64,000 nt of DNA from an uncultured Leptospirales bacterium (GTDB lineage: Bacteria; Spirochaetota; UBA4802; UBA5550): contig CAYTNW010000002.1 in the NCBI GenBank assembly GCA_964439325.1, positions 159,821 to 223,820 on the forward strand, read 5' to 3'. The notes below the pieces were generated by a model, which saw nothing but the letters and a program-made list of their open reading frames with translations, did not search any database and was not told the origin of the DNA. Positions 37,653-48,306 of this stretch are shown one piece after another (position 1 is the stretch's first letter; every line of letters begins with the position of its first letter). The position numbers and the translations under genes are program-made.

Positions 37653-39941
37653 CTAAATCTTCAGGTCTTTCAGTGTCATGTCTGCGAGAACCTTGTTCCT
37701 CTGGGCAATAAGTTTCTCGAATATCTCCTTGATGCTTCCCGGTCCCTGTGTTTTTTTAATTGCTCGCGGGACTTCGACTTTTGCTTCATTTATCATGTCA
37801 AAGAGTTTTTCAAGTTTGATATTGGATGAACTGTTTGTCGGCATGTAGTCTCCGTCATTGTCTTTCATGATGAGTTTCTCTTCAGAGAAGAGTTTCAGGA
37901 AAAAGTCGAGGTCGGCGGAGTTCTGTTCAACCTTTTTCATCAGATCGGCATATTTTGAATTCCCTTTTCCGGATTCAAAATTGAAATATATCGACTGTAT
38001 TATCATAAGCCCGAAATACATATTGACCTTCTCCTCTTCTTCAAAGACATGTTTCAGGTTCGCGTACGATTCCGGGTGCATCATCGTGAATGATACTTCT
38101 GCACCGAACAGTATAATAAGACATGAAGTGTATATCATAAGAAGGAATAAAGGTATCGATGCCAGTGTCCCGTATATGGCGAATGTACCGCTGGCAAAGG
38201 CTTTAACGTATACGATGAAAAGTAGTATGAATATTACCCACACTGTACCTGTGAAAGCCGCTCCGATCGCCGAGTACCTGAACGGAATTTTCGTGTTCGG
38301 CAGAGTGGAATAAACAAGCAGAAAGAGCACCCAGATGAAGATAAACGGCGCGAAGAAGTTTATCAGCACCGCGAAGAAGCTTTTTCCAGATTCTCCGTCC
38401 CAGGACTGGCCGTTATTGACAGATTTCTGTATAACGCCGCCATTACCGATAGCCCACAGCGCGTTTGATGCCCTGTAGAGCTTATTGATTTTATATGCGG
38501 GGAGCGTGTTGCTCTTCCAGCTTGCTCCCGCGTCGTCGGTATGAATGATTATTCCGTTTTCACCGGCGATAAATCCTTCATTGCTGTTCAGGAATACCAT
38601 TGCGTAATAGCTGTATTCCTTGAATTTTCCTGCAATCCAGTTCACTCCGCCGTCGATACTGTGCAGTATCACGCCGTCGTTTCCTGCCATCCAGACATTG
38701 TTTTTATCGATAAAAAATGAAGTGTTCAGGTCTACAAGTTTGTTTTTCCTTTTTGATTCATTGATGACTCTCAGGGTCCAGGTTGTTCCGGAATCGCCGG
38801 TGTACAGTATGCGCCCCTTGTTCGCGGTGATTATACCGGTTGTCTCTTTGAATGCGATAGAGTTGAAATTCAGCGTTACATCCCTGGTGTCATAAACTCT
38901 CCAGTCGTGCCCGCCGTTATCGGTAATCAGAATTACCCCGTTGTTGGAAGAGATAAATCCTTTCTGTGCGTCGAGCATTTTGATCGCGTTGAATTTAAAG
39001 TCCCCCCATTTTGAAATCGACCAGGTCTTTCCGCGGTCACGCGTGGTAAGCAGCATGCCGTTGGCCCCGACTACCCAGCCCCTGTTGTCGATAAACTGTA
39101 TGTCTGTGAACTCCTCCTTCAAAAGCGTGGTGTAGTCAAGCCGTATGTCCTCTTCGGAGAACAGGTTATCGGTAAAACTGTAGCTCATTATCTTCTGATT
39201 CTCATAGTCGAAGCTTGCTTCTTCGGAAAGTACAAACTTTGTCGTATTCATGTCGGTATTCTGCAGTGAGCCCTTGTTCCCCACGACCCATATTTTATCA
39301 CCGGAAAGACAGACCGAGTTATAGTTTGCTTCCGAGAAGATATCTGAAAGTTTGGTAGCAACCGTGGTTCCGGCGATAAATATGACAGGTCCAAGCGTGA
39401 GAGCGGCCCAGTAATAGATTGTTTTCTGGTAAAGCGTTCTTTTCAGTTTTACGCTCCAGATCTTGTTTAAAGACTTTTCCAGAGCCCGTATTGTCGCGGT
39501 GGCTGAAACGATCATCAATACGGCACCTATACCTCCGATTGTTTTTGCGTTGTCGATAAGTCCCGAAATCGCTTCAAAGATGAAATCTATATTCAGTTTT
39601 ATGCTGTGTTCAGTCATGAAAAGCGAGATGCTCCGGAACAGGTCCTCCTTCTTGTTCTCGGCACCTGAAAAAACCGATATAAAGGTCAGAACAACGGTCA
39701 GCATTGGAATCAGAGAAACGATAGTTGTATAGGCGATAGCGGATGCCTCGGTGAGGCAGTCGTCGATCAGGAATTTCCTTGTGGCGACGATGAAGACCTT
39801 TATTGTTGTTATAACCTTGTTGTATAGAATACTTTCATAGGAATAACCGTCATAAATCTGTTTACCGGTCTGGACTATTTTCTGAACTATTGAAAGATGG
39901 TTTTTCTTAACGCCTTCCGGTTTCTTTTTAAAAGGGAACAT
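37653..39941 (-). CDS. YihY/BrkB-family membrane protein with an inserted BNR/Ycf48-like beta-propeller and a C-terminal soluble extension
   Basis: YihY-type helices flank the insert. Before it: AIAYTTIVSLIPMLTVVLTF..., YYWAALTLGPVIF. After it: LPNTKIPFRYSAIGAAFTGTVWVIF...IPLFLLMIYTSCLIILFGAEVSF. The ~310-aa insert carries six Asp-box-like motifs: RDRGKTW, DNGGHDW, GDSGTTW, IDGGVNW, DDAGASW, NNGQSW. A ~140-aa soluble tail follows. Confidence 0.8.
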   Translation of the reverse strand: MFPFKKKPEGVKKNHLSIVQKIVQTGKQIYDGYSYESILYNKVITTIKVFIVATRKFLIDDCLTEASAIAYTTIVSLIPMLTVVLTFISVFSGAENKKEDLFRSISLFMTEHSIKLNIDFIFEAISGLIDNAKTIGGIGAVLMIVSATATIRALEKSLNKIWSVKLKRTLYQKTIYYWAALTLGPVIFIAGTTVATKLSDIFSEANYNSVCLSGDKIWVVGNKGSLQNTDMNTTKFVLSEEASFDYENQKIMSYSFTDNLFSEEDIRLDYTTLLKEEFTDIQFIDNRGWVVGANGMLLTTRDRGKTWSISKWGDFKFNAIKMLDAQKGFISSNNGVILITDNGGHDWRVYDTRDVTLNFNSIAFKETTGIITANKGRILYTGDSGTTWTLRVINESKRKNKLVDLNTSFFIDKNNVWMAGNDGVILHSIDGGVNWIAGKFKEYSYYAMVFLNSNEGFIAGENGIIIHTDDAGASWKSNTLPAYKINKLYRASNALWAIGNGGVIQKSVNNGQSWDGESGKSFFAVLINFFAPFIFIWVLFLLVYSTLPNTKIPFRYSAIGAAFTGTVWVIFILLFIVYVKAFASGTFAIYGTLASIPLFLLMIYTSCLIILFGAEVSFTMMHPESYANLKHVFEEEEKVNMYFGLMIIQSIYFNFESGKGNSKYADLMKKVEQNSADLDFFLKLFSEEKLIMKDNDGDYMPTNSSSNIKLEKLFDMINEAKVEVPRAIKKTQGPGSIKEIFEKLIAQRNKVLADMTLKDLKI

Positions 39942-40360
39942 CTCTGCCTCTCCATTAGTGAATTATTTTTCCGGGATTTTGTTACCAGATTGTATATAAA
40001 ATATTATCATTATTTGCAGCATTGTCAAGTATTATAGTACATAAAAGTAGAATTATACTTTTACGGTTTTTTGAAATATTTTTTTAAAAAATGAAATGAT
40101 GAACTTTCATAATATTTAAAGCTTTATACGGTCCGGTGAATCCTGGTACAAGATTGTATTTTCTGACACTACATATATGCAATTTTGTAACTTTTATCTG
40201 AAAAATTCATGTTACAGTAAAGTCAGAAAAACCGGAATAAATTATTATATACCCATTCACTGAAATAATCTCTTCGGATATGGATGTTTTTATTTCTTAT
40301 GAAGACCCTTCTGTTAACTCCATGTAAACTAATTCAATGAAATGAAGAGCAGTTCTGATC

Positions 40361-40376
40361 TGGCACGGTATTTGCT
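40361..40376 (+). promoter_or_regulatory. Sigma54 (-24/-12) promoter upstream of amtB
   Basis: TGGCACGGTATTTGCT matches the consensus TGGCACG-N4-TTGCW at every defined position. It lies 53 bp upstream of the amtB ATG. Confidence 0.6.
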
Positions 40377-40428
40377 ATCTATATCAGCAGATTCATGATT
40401 TACAAATAATATTTCTTTCGGAGGGCTT

Positions 40429-41850
40429 ATGAAAAAGCTATCAAAAGTTTTTTTACCGGTATTGCTTGTTCTATTAACGGCATCTGGTTTATCTGCTGCA
40501 GATTCAACACATACTGTTGTTACCCAGGCTGCTCTTGATGAGTTAAAGAGCAGTATAGCGGTCGGAGTTGATACTGTATGGGTTCTTTTTACGGCATTCC
40601 TTGTGTTCTTTATGAACCTTGGATTTGCGATGGTTGAATCAGGACTGTGTCGCGCTAAAAATACTGTTAACATTTTGGCTAAAAACTTTATTGTTTTTGC
40701 CATTGCTTCCATCTCTTTCTGGATCATAGGTTGGGGCCTAATGTTCGGAAATGGAAATTCTTTTTTTGGTCTGGAGGGGCTTTTTTTGGCTTCAGGAGCT
40801 GATAATAGTCCGGCAATTGGTGCTGCTTACAAAGGTGCATATTCTGCTATCAGTTGGACAGGTGTTCCAATGTGGGCAAAATTCTTCTTTCAGCTCGTTT
40901 TTGCAGGAACCGCGGCAACTATCGTTTCCGGTGCTGTTGCTGAACGTATAAAATTTAAATCATTTATTTTCTTCTCATTCATACTGGTTGGTATACTATA
41001 TCCGGTAACAGGGCACTGGATCTGGGGTGGCGGATGGTTACAGACTCTCGGTATGTGGGACTTCGCCGGTTCAACCGTAGTTCACTCGGTTGGTGGTTGG
41101 GCAGCTCTCGCCGGTGTGATACTTCTCGGTTCCCGTACAGGGAAATACCGTCCTGACGGCTCAGTAAGCCCAATATTCGGACATAATATGTCTATGGTTA
41201 CTCTTGGTGGTCTTGTGCTGTGGTTCGGCTGGTTTGGATTTAACCCGGGTTCTACTATGGCAGTAGGTGATGGCAGTGCCATAGCACATATTGCAGTGAC
41301 TACTAACACGGCAGCTTCAATGGCTATCATAAGTTCAACAATTACATCCTGGATGATTCAGAAAAAACCTGATCTTTCTATGATAATAAACGGTGCGCTA
41401 GCAGGGCTTGTGGCGATAACAGCACCATGTGCGTTTGTCAGTGTCTCATCGTCAGCTATAATAGGTTCAATAGCTGGTGTACTCGTTGTTTTTGCAGTTA
41501 TATTTTTTGATAAAATGAAACTTGATGACCCTGTTGGTGCATTGTCAGTGCATCTTGTTAATGGTACTTTCGGCACACTTGCTGTTGGTCTTTTTGCCCA
41601 GGATAAAATTACAGGTGCAGCAACTGGTAATGGTCTTTTCTTTGGAGGCGGCTTGAAACTTCTATCAGCCCAGGCGATCGGTGTTGTATCTGTTGGCGCT
41701 TTCACATTTATCGCATCATGTGCAATCTGGTTTGTAATTAAAACTGTAATGGGAATGAGGGTTTCACGTGAAGAAGAGATACAGGGTCTTGATATAGGCG
41801 AGCACGGGATGAAGGCATATCCTGATTTCGTGGGATTTATTACAAAATAA
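40429..41850 (+). CDS. amtB: Ammonium transporter
   Basis: Signal peptide plus an 11-TM Amt core with signature stretches ([17 protein letters not shown]; [19 protein letters not shown]; GFNPGS; [14 protein letters not shown]). 473 aa. Confidence 0.95.
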   Translation: MKKLSKVFLPVLLVLLTASGLSAADSTHTVVTQAALDELKSSIAVGVDTVWVLFTAFLVFFMNLGFAMVESGLCRAKNTVNILAKNFIVFAIASISFWIIGWGLMFGNGNSFFGLEGLFLASGADNSPAIGAAYKGAYSAISWTGVPMWAKFFFQLVFAGTAATIVSGAVAERIKFKSFIFFSFILVGILYPVTGHWIWGGGWLQTLGMWDFAGSTVVHSVGGWAALAGVILLGSRTGKYRPDGSVSPIFGHNMSMVTLGGLVLWFGWFGFNPGSTMAVGDGSAIAHIAVTTNTAASMAIISSTITSWMIQKKPDLSMIINGALAGLVAITAPCAFVSVSSSAIIGSIAGVLVVFAVIFFDKMKLDDPVGALSVHLVNGTFGTLAVGLFAQDKITGAATGNGLFFGGGLKLLSAQAIGVVSVGAFTFIASCAIWFVIKTVMGMRVSREEEIQGLDIGEHGMKAYPDFVGFITK

Positions 41851-41867
41851 TTTTAGGAGAAATCAGT

Positions 41868-42209
41868 ATGAAACTTATTATAGCGATTGTTCAGCCTGAA
41901 AAATTGACAGATGTCAAACAGGCGCTCACTGATGCAAATGTCGGTAAAATGACTGTTTCAAGTGTCATCGGATGTGGTTCGCAGGGGGGGTATACGGAAA
42001 GCTATCGTGGAGCTGAAACCGAAGTAAACCTATTAGACAAGGTCAGATTTGAAATTGCGGTTAATGATAAATTTGTTAAACCAACGATAGAAGCTATTCT
42101 TAAGAGTGCAAGATCCGGTAATATCGGTGACGGTAAAATATTTGTTGTACCACTTGAGGAATGCATTCGTGTTAGGACCGGTGAAGAGGGCGAAAATGCT
42201 GTCGGATAA
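41868..42209 (+). CDS. glnK: P-II nitrogen regulatory protein (GlnK, amtB-linked)
   Basis: [20 protein letters not shown]..., a T-loop region ([11 protein letters not shown]) and GDGKIFV. 113 aa, 17 nt after amtB. Confidence 0.9.
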   Translation: MKLIIAIVQPEKLTDVKQALTDANVGKMTVSSVIGCGSQGGYTESYRGAETEVNLLDKVRFEIAVNDKFVKPTIEAILKSARSGNIGDGKIFVVPLEECIRVRTGEEGENAVG

Positions 42210-42399
42210 TTATCCCAAGGCACAGTTTATAAAGATTTTGATAATTTATTAGGTATGATTCTTAAGTCTCTGATTTCTGATAATAAGTGAAAAAGATTTT
42301 ATCAGGAAATGTGTGAAATTTTATGGATCATTTCATCATAAAAACCTGAATATTCTTAATCTGACTGTTTTGTCGCGGTAACAATGATGGTTCCAGTCG

Positions 42400-42415
42400 G
42401 GGCCTCATTGTTGCT
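42400..42415 (+). promoter_or_regulatory. Possible weak sigma54-type promoter upstream of the porin gene
   Basis: gGGCctcattgTTGCt has GG and GC at the correct 12-nt offset with a TTGC -12 box. The -24 box is degenerate. It lies 30 bp upstream of the ATG at 42446. Confidence 0.25.
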
Positions 42416-42445
42416 AAAAAATATTATGATAAAAAAGTTTATTAA

Positions 42446-43246
42446 TTGGAGGATTTGATGAAGAAGTTAATTTTAATCAATATATTGTTTTGTTCGATGA
42501 TTGTAACAGGACTTAAAGCAGAGGAAGCAGGTCCAAAGCCGGTTGGATTAACGGTTGGAGTTACATATGCCAGCAGCTATCTATTTAGGGGAATAGATTT
42601 TTATGGCGGTGACGGTGCATTTCTGCCTGCAGCATCTTACGATCTTTTAGGTTCAGGACTGATTCTTGGTGTTGCAGCAGAACATTCTGAAGACTCGCTT
42701 TTTGAAGGGAAAGGAGATGATGCAAACGGTTATGCCTTTAATTCGGTCGATGTTGGAGCGGGATACACAATTGGCGCCGGTGCGCCGGTAACTGTGGGCT
42801 TAAATGTATGGTATTGGGATTACTATAACTCAAAGGATGAACTGGCTGGTGATGCGAGTTTTATTACCATGAACGTTATTGTTACAGCTAATACATTTTT
42901 ATCGCCGTTTGTATCATGTACATACGATTATTATATGGATGATAAATTTGCGGATCCGAATGATAATGATTACTATGTACAGTTTGGGATTGCAAAAGAG
43001 TTTGAAGTGATTAAGGACGCGAAGATTAAATTGAGTGCTGCCGGCGGTTACTATAACGCTAAATCTCTTGATGCAAATGGTTTCAGTGATGTTACCGCAA
43101 CTGCCGGATTGACAGTAACAGCCGGGGCAGTAGCTTATACATCAAATTTGAATTATGTATATATCCCTAAGGGTGATTTCAGGGACATGAAACCTGAAGA
43201 TCACCACAAGTTTTATGCAACTTTCGGAACCTCTTATACTTTATGA
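42446..43246 (+). CDS. TorF/Gcw_chp-like outer-membrane beta-barrel (putative porin)
   Basis: Signal peptide. VGVTYASSYLFRGIDFYGGDGAFLPAASYDL resembles the N-terminal signature of the TorF-family porins (..Y.FRG......PA.Q...). Aromatic-terminated beta strands. C-terminal ...FGTSYTL. Confidence 0.6.
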   Translation: MEDLMKKLILINILFCSMIVTGLKAEEAGPKPVGLTVGVTYASSYLFRGIDFYGGDGAFLPAASYDLLGSGLILGVAAEHSEDSLFEGKGDDANGYAFNSVDVGAGYTIGAGAPVTVGLNVWYWDYYNSKDELAGDASFITMNVIVTANTFLSPFVSCTYDYYMDDKFADPNDNDYYVQFGIAKEFEVIKDAKIKLSAAGGYYNAKSLDANGFSDVTATAGLTVTAGAVAYTSNLNYVYIPKGDFRDMKPEDHHKFYATFGTSYTL

Positions 43247-43267
43247 TTGATAAAAAGATTTAAAATT

Positions 43268-43300
43268 AAAGGGCTGCATTTAATGCAGCCCTTTTTGTTT
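43268..43300 (+). terminator. Rho-independent terminator after the porin gene
   Basis: AAAGGGCTGCATT (43268-43280) pairs with AATGCAGCCCTTT (43282-43294), followed by TTGTTTT. Confidence 0.8.
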
Positions 43301-43590
43301 TCAGGGTACAATTCAATCTGGAGGTGGAAGATTTTTAAAAAGATGTTACCATATTGTATTTATACTGAAAGTTTAATTACACTTATGTATGATTTTGTAA
43401 AAAAATAAGACAATCTGCTGCTGATAAAAGTTTGAATCAAAAATTTCGGGCATAAATATTTTTCTTAAATAAAAAAAAGATACGGTTAACTGCGATTAAC
43501 TAATCGAAATCCCTCTTAAATGTTTCATCAGTGTTAACTTGATTGATGATGTTGTTGACCACATCGCTTTAAATATAACATCCGGATTTC

Positions 43591-43606
43591 TGGCATACTT
43601 CATGCG
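43591..43606 (+). promoter_or_regulatory. Sigma54 (-24/-12) promoter upstream of nifH
   Basis: TGGCATACTTCATGCG has GG (43592-43593) and GC (43604-43605) at the canonical 12-nt offset. TGGCA is intact. It lies 43 bp upstream of the nifH ATG. Confidence 0.55.
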
Positions 43607-43630
43607 ATATATATCAGTACAAGTTAATAA

Positions 43631-44473
<843 letters not shown>

Positions 44474-44494
44474 TTGAGAGGAAGGGGGAATATT

Positions 44495-44848
44495 ATGGTA
44501 ATGATAAGAGCGATAATTAGACCGGAAAAAGTTGATGCGGTAATGGAGAAACTGATGGCGGAAGGATTCCCTTCTGTTACAAAAATGAGTGTTTCCGGAA
44601 GAGGTAAGCAGCGTGGAGTGAAAATTGGAGATGTTACATACGATGAAATTCCAAAAGATATGCTGATGTTTGTGGTTTCGGACAGCGACAGGGAGTTTGT
44701 CATCAGGAGCGTTATATCAGCTGCAAGGACGGGCGATAAAGGAGCGTTTGGTGACGGTAAGATATTTGTTTCGCCGGTGGATGAAGTGTTTACTGTAAGT
44801 TCCGGTATAAAGGAAACCAGTGAAGGCGTACAGGGGACAGTAATATGA
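44495..44848 (+). CDS. nifI1: P-II family nitrogenase switch-off regulator NifI1
   Basis: P-II fold (MIRAIIRPEKVDAVMEKL...GRGKQRG...GDGKIFVSP), positioned directly between nifH and nifD. ATG 44495 follows GAAGGGGGAA. The track start 44474 is a TTG extension. Confidence 0.85.
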   Translation: MVMIRAIIRPEKVDAVMEKLMAEGFPSVTKMSVSGRGKQRGVKIGDVTYDEIPKDMLMFVVSDSDREFVIRSVISAARTGDKGAFGDGKIFVSPVDEVFTVSSGIKETSEGVQGTVI

Positions 44849-45225
44849 AAGAAATAATGGCTGTCATAAGAATGAATATGATGAATAAAACCAAGAGGGC
44901 ACTGACGGACGCCGGTGTTTCATCAATGCATGCGCGTGAATGCCTGGGGAGAGGTCGGGGTCTTGTTGATGTAAGCCTGTTGAGAGGGGCTGAACAGGGA
45001 TATGAAGAAGCGATCTCACAGCTTGGCAGCAGTCAGCGACTTGTTCCAAAGAGAATGCTTTCGATGATAGTAGCGGACGAGAATGTTGAAAAGATAGTGA
45101 AAACCATTATTGAAACAAACAGTTCAGGCAAGTCTGGTGACGGAAAGATATTCGTTATGCCTGTAACAGAATCTTACAGGATTCGTACAGGGGAGAGGGG
45201 AAATGATACGCTTGATGAAGTGTGA
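44845..45225 (+). CDS. nifI2: P-II family nitrogenase switch-off regulator NifI2
   Basis: Second P-II paralogue (MKEIMAVIRMNMMNKTKRAL...GRGRG...GDGKIFVMP). It overlaps the nifI1 stop by 4 nt. The nifH-I1-I2-D order is typical of anaerobe nif clusters. Confidence 0.85.
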   Translation: MKEIMAVIRMNMMNKTKRALTDAGVSSMHARECLGRGRGLVDVSLLRGAEQGYEEAISQLGSSQRLVPKRMLSMIVADENVEKIVKTIIETNSSGKSGDGKIFVMPVTESYRIRTGERGNDTLDEV

Positions 45226-45255
45226 ACAGACATATGTTATAACAGGAGCTGAATT

Positions 45256-46905
45256 ATGAGCAGGACAACTTATATACCAGTTAAAGATTTGAATGCAGAA
45301 AATATTAAAGAAAGCATTCTGAAGCGTTATCCCGCGAAATTGGCGAGAAAACGGAGCAAGCAGATAGTTGTTAACAGGTTCGATGAGGGCGGCCATGTTC
45401 CCGAGATCCTTGCGAATTCACGGACTATTCCGGGTATACTTACTATGCGCGGATGTGCTTATGCCGGATGTAAGGGAGTTGTGCTCGGTCCGACAAGGGA
45501 TATATTGCAGATAACTCATGGTCCTATCGGATGTGGATTCTATAGCTGGCTTACAAGAAGAAATCAGACACGGCCGCAGACCGAAAGTGATGAGAACTTC
45601 ATGACTTATGCGATGTCTACCGATCTGCAGGAGGACGAGATCATATTCGGCGGTGAAAAGAAACTTAAAAAAGCGATTGAAGAGGCGGTAAACCTTTTTC
45701 ATCCGAAAGCTATTGGAATATTCTCCACATGTCCCGTCGGTCTTATTGGTGATGACGTGCATGCTGTGGCAAGAGAGATGGAGGAAAAGTTTCCTGGAGT
45801 AAATATTTTTAGCTTCTCTTGCGAGGGATATAAGGGAGTAAGCCAGTCTGCCGGACACCATATCGCGAATAACAAGGTCTTCACTGATGTTGTTGGACAG
45901 ATGAATATGAGGAAAGAGGGTAAATACATAGTTAACATACTCGGTGAGTATAACATAGGCGGTGACGCCTTCGAGATAGAAAGGATTATGGATCTCTGCG
46001 GTTTTACACTGCATTCTACATTCAGCGGAAATTCGGTCTATGAAGAGTTTGCAAGTGCTCAGAACGCTGATCTCAACGTGGTAATGTGCCACAGGTCAAT
46101 AAACTACATGGCTGAGATGATGGAGAAGAAATATGGAATACCATGGTTCAAGGTTAACTTCGTAGGTGCCGAGGCCACTGCAAAATCTCTCAGGAAAATG
46201 GCTGCCTATTTTGGAGATACCGGGTTGACCGAGAAGGTTGAAAAAGTAATAGAATCTGAAATGCTGGATGTGGAAAAAGCTCAGAAAGATGTACGGCCGC
46301 GCTGTGAAGGTAAAAAAGCGATGCTGTTTGTCGGAGGGTCTAGGGCGCATCACTACCAGGAGCTTTTCAGAGAGATAGGGATGGAAACTCTTTCGGCCGG
46401 TTATGAGTTCGCTCATCGGGACGATTACGAAGGAAGACAGGTTATACCTTCAATCGTTGTTGATGCTGACACAAGGAATATTGAAGAACTGACAGTTACA
46501 CCGGACGAAAAATTTTTTAGCCCGAGAAAAAGTACGAACGAGATGAGTGACATGAATTCAAGAGGTATGGAATTCAGTGATTATAGTGGAATGATGCCTG
46601 AAATGAAAGAGAACTCACTGGTCATTGACGATATCAATCATTACGAGACCGAGATGCTGATAGAAAAGTACAGACCGGATATCTTCTGTGCAGGTATTAA
46701 GGAAAAGTATGTGGTGCAGAAAGGGGGTATACCTATGAAACAGCTCCACAGCTACGACTACAGCGGTCCATATGCTGGATTTAAAGGTGCCATTAATTTC
46801 TATCATGAGATAGACAGAATGGTAAATACAAAAATTTTCAGTTTAATAAAGGCGCCGTGGCAGATAAACCCGGAACTCGCCGGAAGTTATAACTGGAGCA
46901 AATAG
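45256..46905 (+). CDS. nifD: Nitrogenase MoFe protein alpha chain NifD
   Basis: P-cluster Cys contexts (RGCAYAGCKG, HGPIGCG, STCPVGLIGDD). FeMo-co ligand contexts VMCHRS and LHSYDYSGPY. 549 aa with an extra ~50-aa segment (TPDEKFFSPRKSTNEMSDMNSRGMEFSDYSGMMPEMKENS). Confidence 0.95.
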   Translation: MSRTTYIPVKDLNAENIKESILKRYPAKLARKRSKQIVVNRFDEGGHVPEILANSRTIPGILTMRGCAYAGCKGVVLGPTRDILQITHGPIGCGFYSWLTRRNQTRPQTESDENFMTYAMSTDLQEDEIIFGGEKKLKKAIEEAVNLFHPKAIGIFSTCPVGLIGDDVHAVAREMEEKFPGVNIFSFSCEGYKGVSQSAGHHIANNKVFTDVVGQMNMRKEGKYIVNILGEYNIGGDAFEIERIMDLCGFTLHSTFSGNSVYEEFASAQNADLNVVMCHRSINYMAEMMEKKYGIPWFKVNFVGAEATAKSLRKMAAYFGDTGLTEKVEKVIESEMLDVEKAQKDVRPRCEGKKAMLFVGGSRAHHYQELFREIGMETLSAGYEFAHRDDYEGRQVIPSIVVDADTRNIEELTVTPDEKFFSPRKSTNEMSDMNSRGMEFSDYSGMMPEMKENSLVIDDINHYETEMLIEKYRPDIFCAGIKEKYVVQKGGIPMKQLHSYDYSGPYAGFKGAINFYHEIDRMVNTKIFSLIKAPWQINPELAGSYNWSK

Positions 46906-46914
46906 GAGGAAGTT

Positions 46915-48291
46915 ATGCTGCTGAGACATACTGCTGAAAACGTAACTGAGCGTAGTGCTCTTACTGTAAATCCGGCAAAGACATGTCAGCCTGTAGGGGC
47001 GATGTATGCATCGCTCGGTATTAATGGGTGCCTCCCGCACAGCCACGGGTCACAGGGATGCTGCGCGTATCACAGGAGCGCGCTTACAAGGCACTACAAA
47101 GATCCGATTATGGCAACTACCAGTTCATTTACGGAGGGGGCATCAGTATTCGGAGGACAGGCGAATCTTCTGGAATCTATACAGAACATTTTCGCAATGT
47201 ATGATCCGGAAATAATAGCTGTGCACACTACTTGCCTTTCGGAGGTCATAGGTGATGATATTAAACAGATCATCTCTAAGGCCAGGGCTGATGGAAAGAT
47301 CCCGGAGGGTAAAACGGTAGTACATGCAAACACACCGAGCTTCAAAGGTTCGCATGTGACAGGTTTTTCAAATATGGCTGCATCTATGGTGACATATTTT
47401 TCAGAGAACACCGGAAAAAGAAATGGCAAGATCAATATTATTCCGGGATTTGTTGAGCCTTCAGATATGTCTGAGATAAAAAGGATCGCCGCGGAGATGA
47501 ACGTGCCGATTACGATGTTTCCCGATACTTCAGGTGTTGTAAACAGCCCGATGGACGGAAAGTTTCATATGTATCCGAAAGGCGGAACTACATCAGAGGA
47601 GATCAAAAAAGCCGGTGACAATAGCTTTACAATAGCTCTTGGAGGTGCAGCGTCAACACTTTGTGCAAAGACGCTCGATTCAAAATGTAAAGTTCCTTAT
47701 GAAGTTATCGAACTGCCGATTGGGTTGAAGGCGACAGATGCTTTTGTCGATCTGCTTCGAAGAAAGGGATCAAGTTCTGTACCTGAGTCGATCATGACAG
47801 AAAGGGGGCAGTTGATTGACGTGATAACTGATATGCATCAGTATTTTTACAGAAAGAAGGCAGCTCTTGTCGGAGATCCTGATCACCTGATATCGTTAAC
47901 CGGATTCCTTACGGATATAGACATGAAGATTACTTCTGTTGTTACAGGGACCCCGGCGGGACCGAAGTTTGAAAAACGAATTAAAGAACTGGCCGGTAAG
48001 GATGTAATAGTAAAAAGCGGTCCAAACGCTGACATGTTTTATTTTCACCAGGTTATAAAGAATGAAAGGCCTGATATGATTTTCGGTAACACTTACGCGA
48101 AATATATCGCCCGCGATGAGGATATCCCGATGATACGGACAGCTTTCCCTATATATGACAGGATTGGTCACCAGTATTTTCCTCTAGTCGGATATACAGG
48201 GGGGATAAGGCTTCTTGAGAGAATTCTGAACGCGTTCATGGACAGACAGGACAGAGATGCAAAAGAAGAAAGCTTCGAACTTGTAATGTAG
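46915..48291 (+). CDS. nifK: Nitrogenase MoFe protein beta chain NifK
   Basis: LTVNPAKTCQPVGAMYA, HGSQGCCAY and TTCLSEVIGDD motifs. 458 aa (short-N-terminus type). It follows nifD by 9 nt, with no intervening G-subunit gene. Confidence 0.95.
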   Translation: MLLRHTAENVTERSALTVNPAKTCQPVGAMYASLGINGCLPHSHGSQGCCAYHRSALTRHYKDPIMATTSSFTEGASVFGGQANLLESIQNIFAMYDPEIIAVHTTCLSEVIGDDIKQIISKARADGKIPEGKTVVHANTPSFKGSHVTGFSNMAASMVTYFSENTGKRNGKINIIPGFVEPSDMSEIKRIAAEMNVPITMFPDTSGVVNSPMDGKFHMYPKGGTTSEEIKKAGDNSFTIALGGAASTLCAKTLDSKCKVPYEVIELPIGLKATDAFVDLLRRKGSSSVPESIMTERGQLIDVITDMHQYFYRKKAALVGDPDHLISLTGFLTDIDMKITSVVTGTPAGPKFEKRIKELAGKDVIVKSGPNADMFYFHQVIKNERPDMIFGNTYAKYIARDEDIPMIRTAFPIYDRIGHQYFPLVGYTGGIRLLERILNAFMDRQDRDAKEESFELVM

Positions 48292-48306
48292 GAGGAATGG
48301 GGAGTT

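Noticed and set aside
40147-40158. Reading the TACAA/TTGTA sites as NtcA (GTA-N8-TAC), CRP/FNR (TGTGA-N6-TCACA) or NrpR (GGAA-N6-TTCC) boxes.
   Set aside because: The spacing and half-site orientation do not match any of these consensus sequences. The sites are reported only as an unassigned palindrome.
43396-43412. Possible NifA upstream activator sequence upstream of nifH.
   Set aside because: The best candidate is TGT-N11-ACA (TGTAAAAAAATAAGACA), not the canonical TGT-N10-ACA. It lies in A-rich DNA where it is likely to arise by chance. I found no exact TGT-N10-ACA in 43300-43590. The amtB upstream candidate at 40156-40171 is TGT-N10-ACT.
45256-48291. Alternative (V- or Fe-only) nitrogenase.
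   Set aside because: nifD and nifK are 9 nt apart with no vnfG/anfG-like small ORF between them. NifE, NifN and NifV are present, and NifD carries the Mo-type CHRS / HSYDYSGPY contexts.
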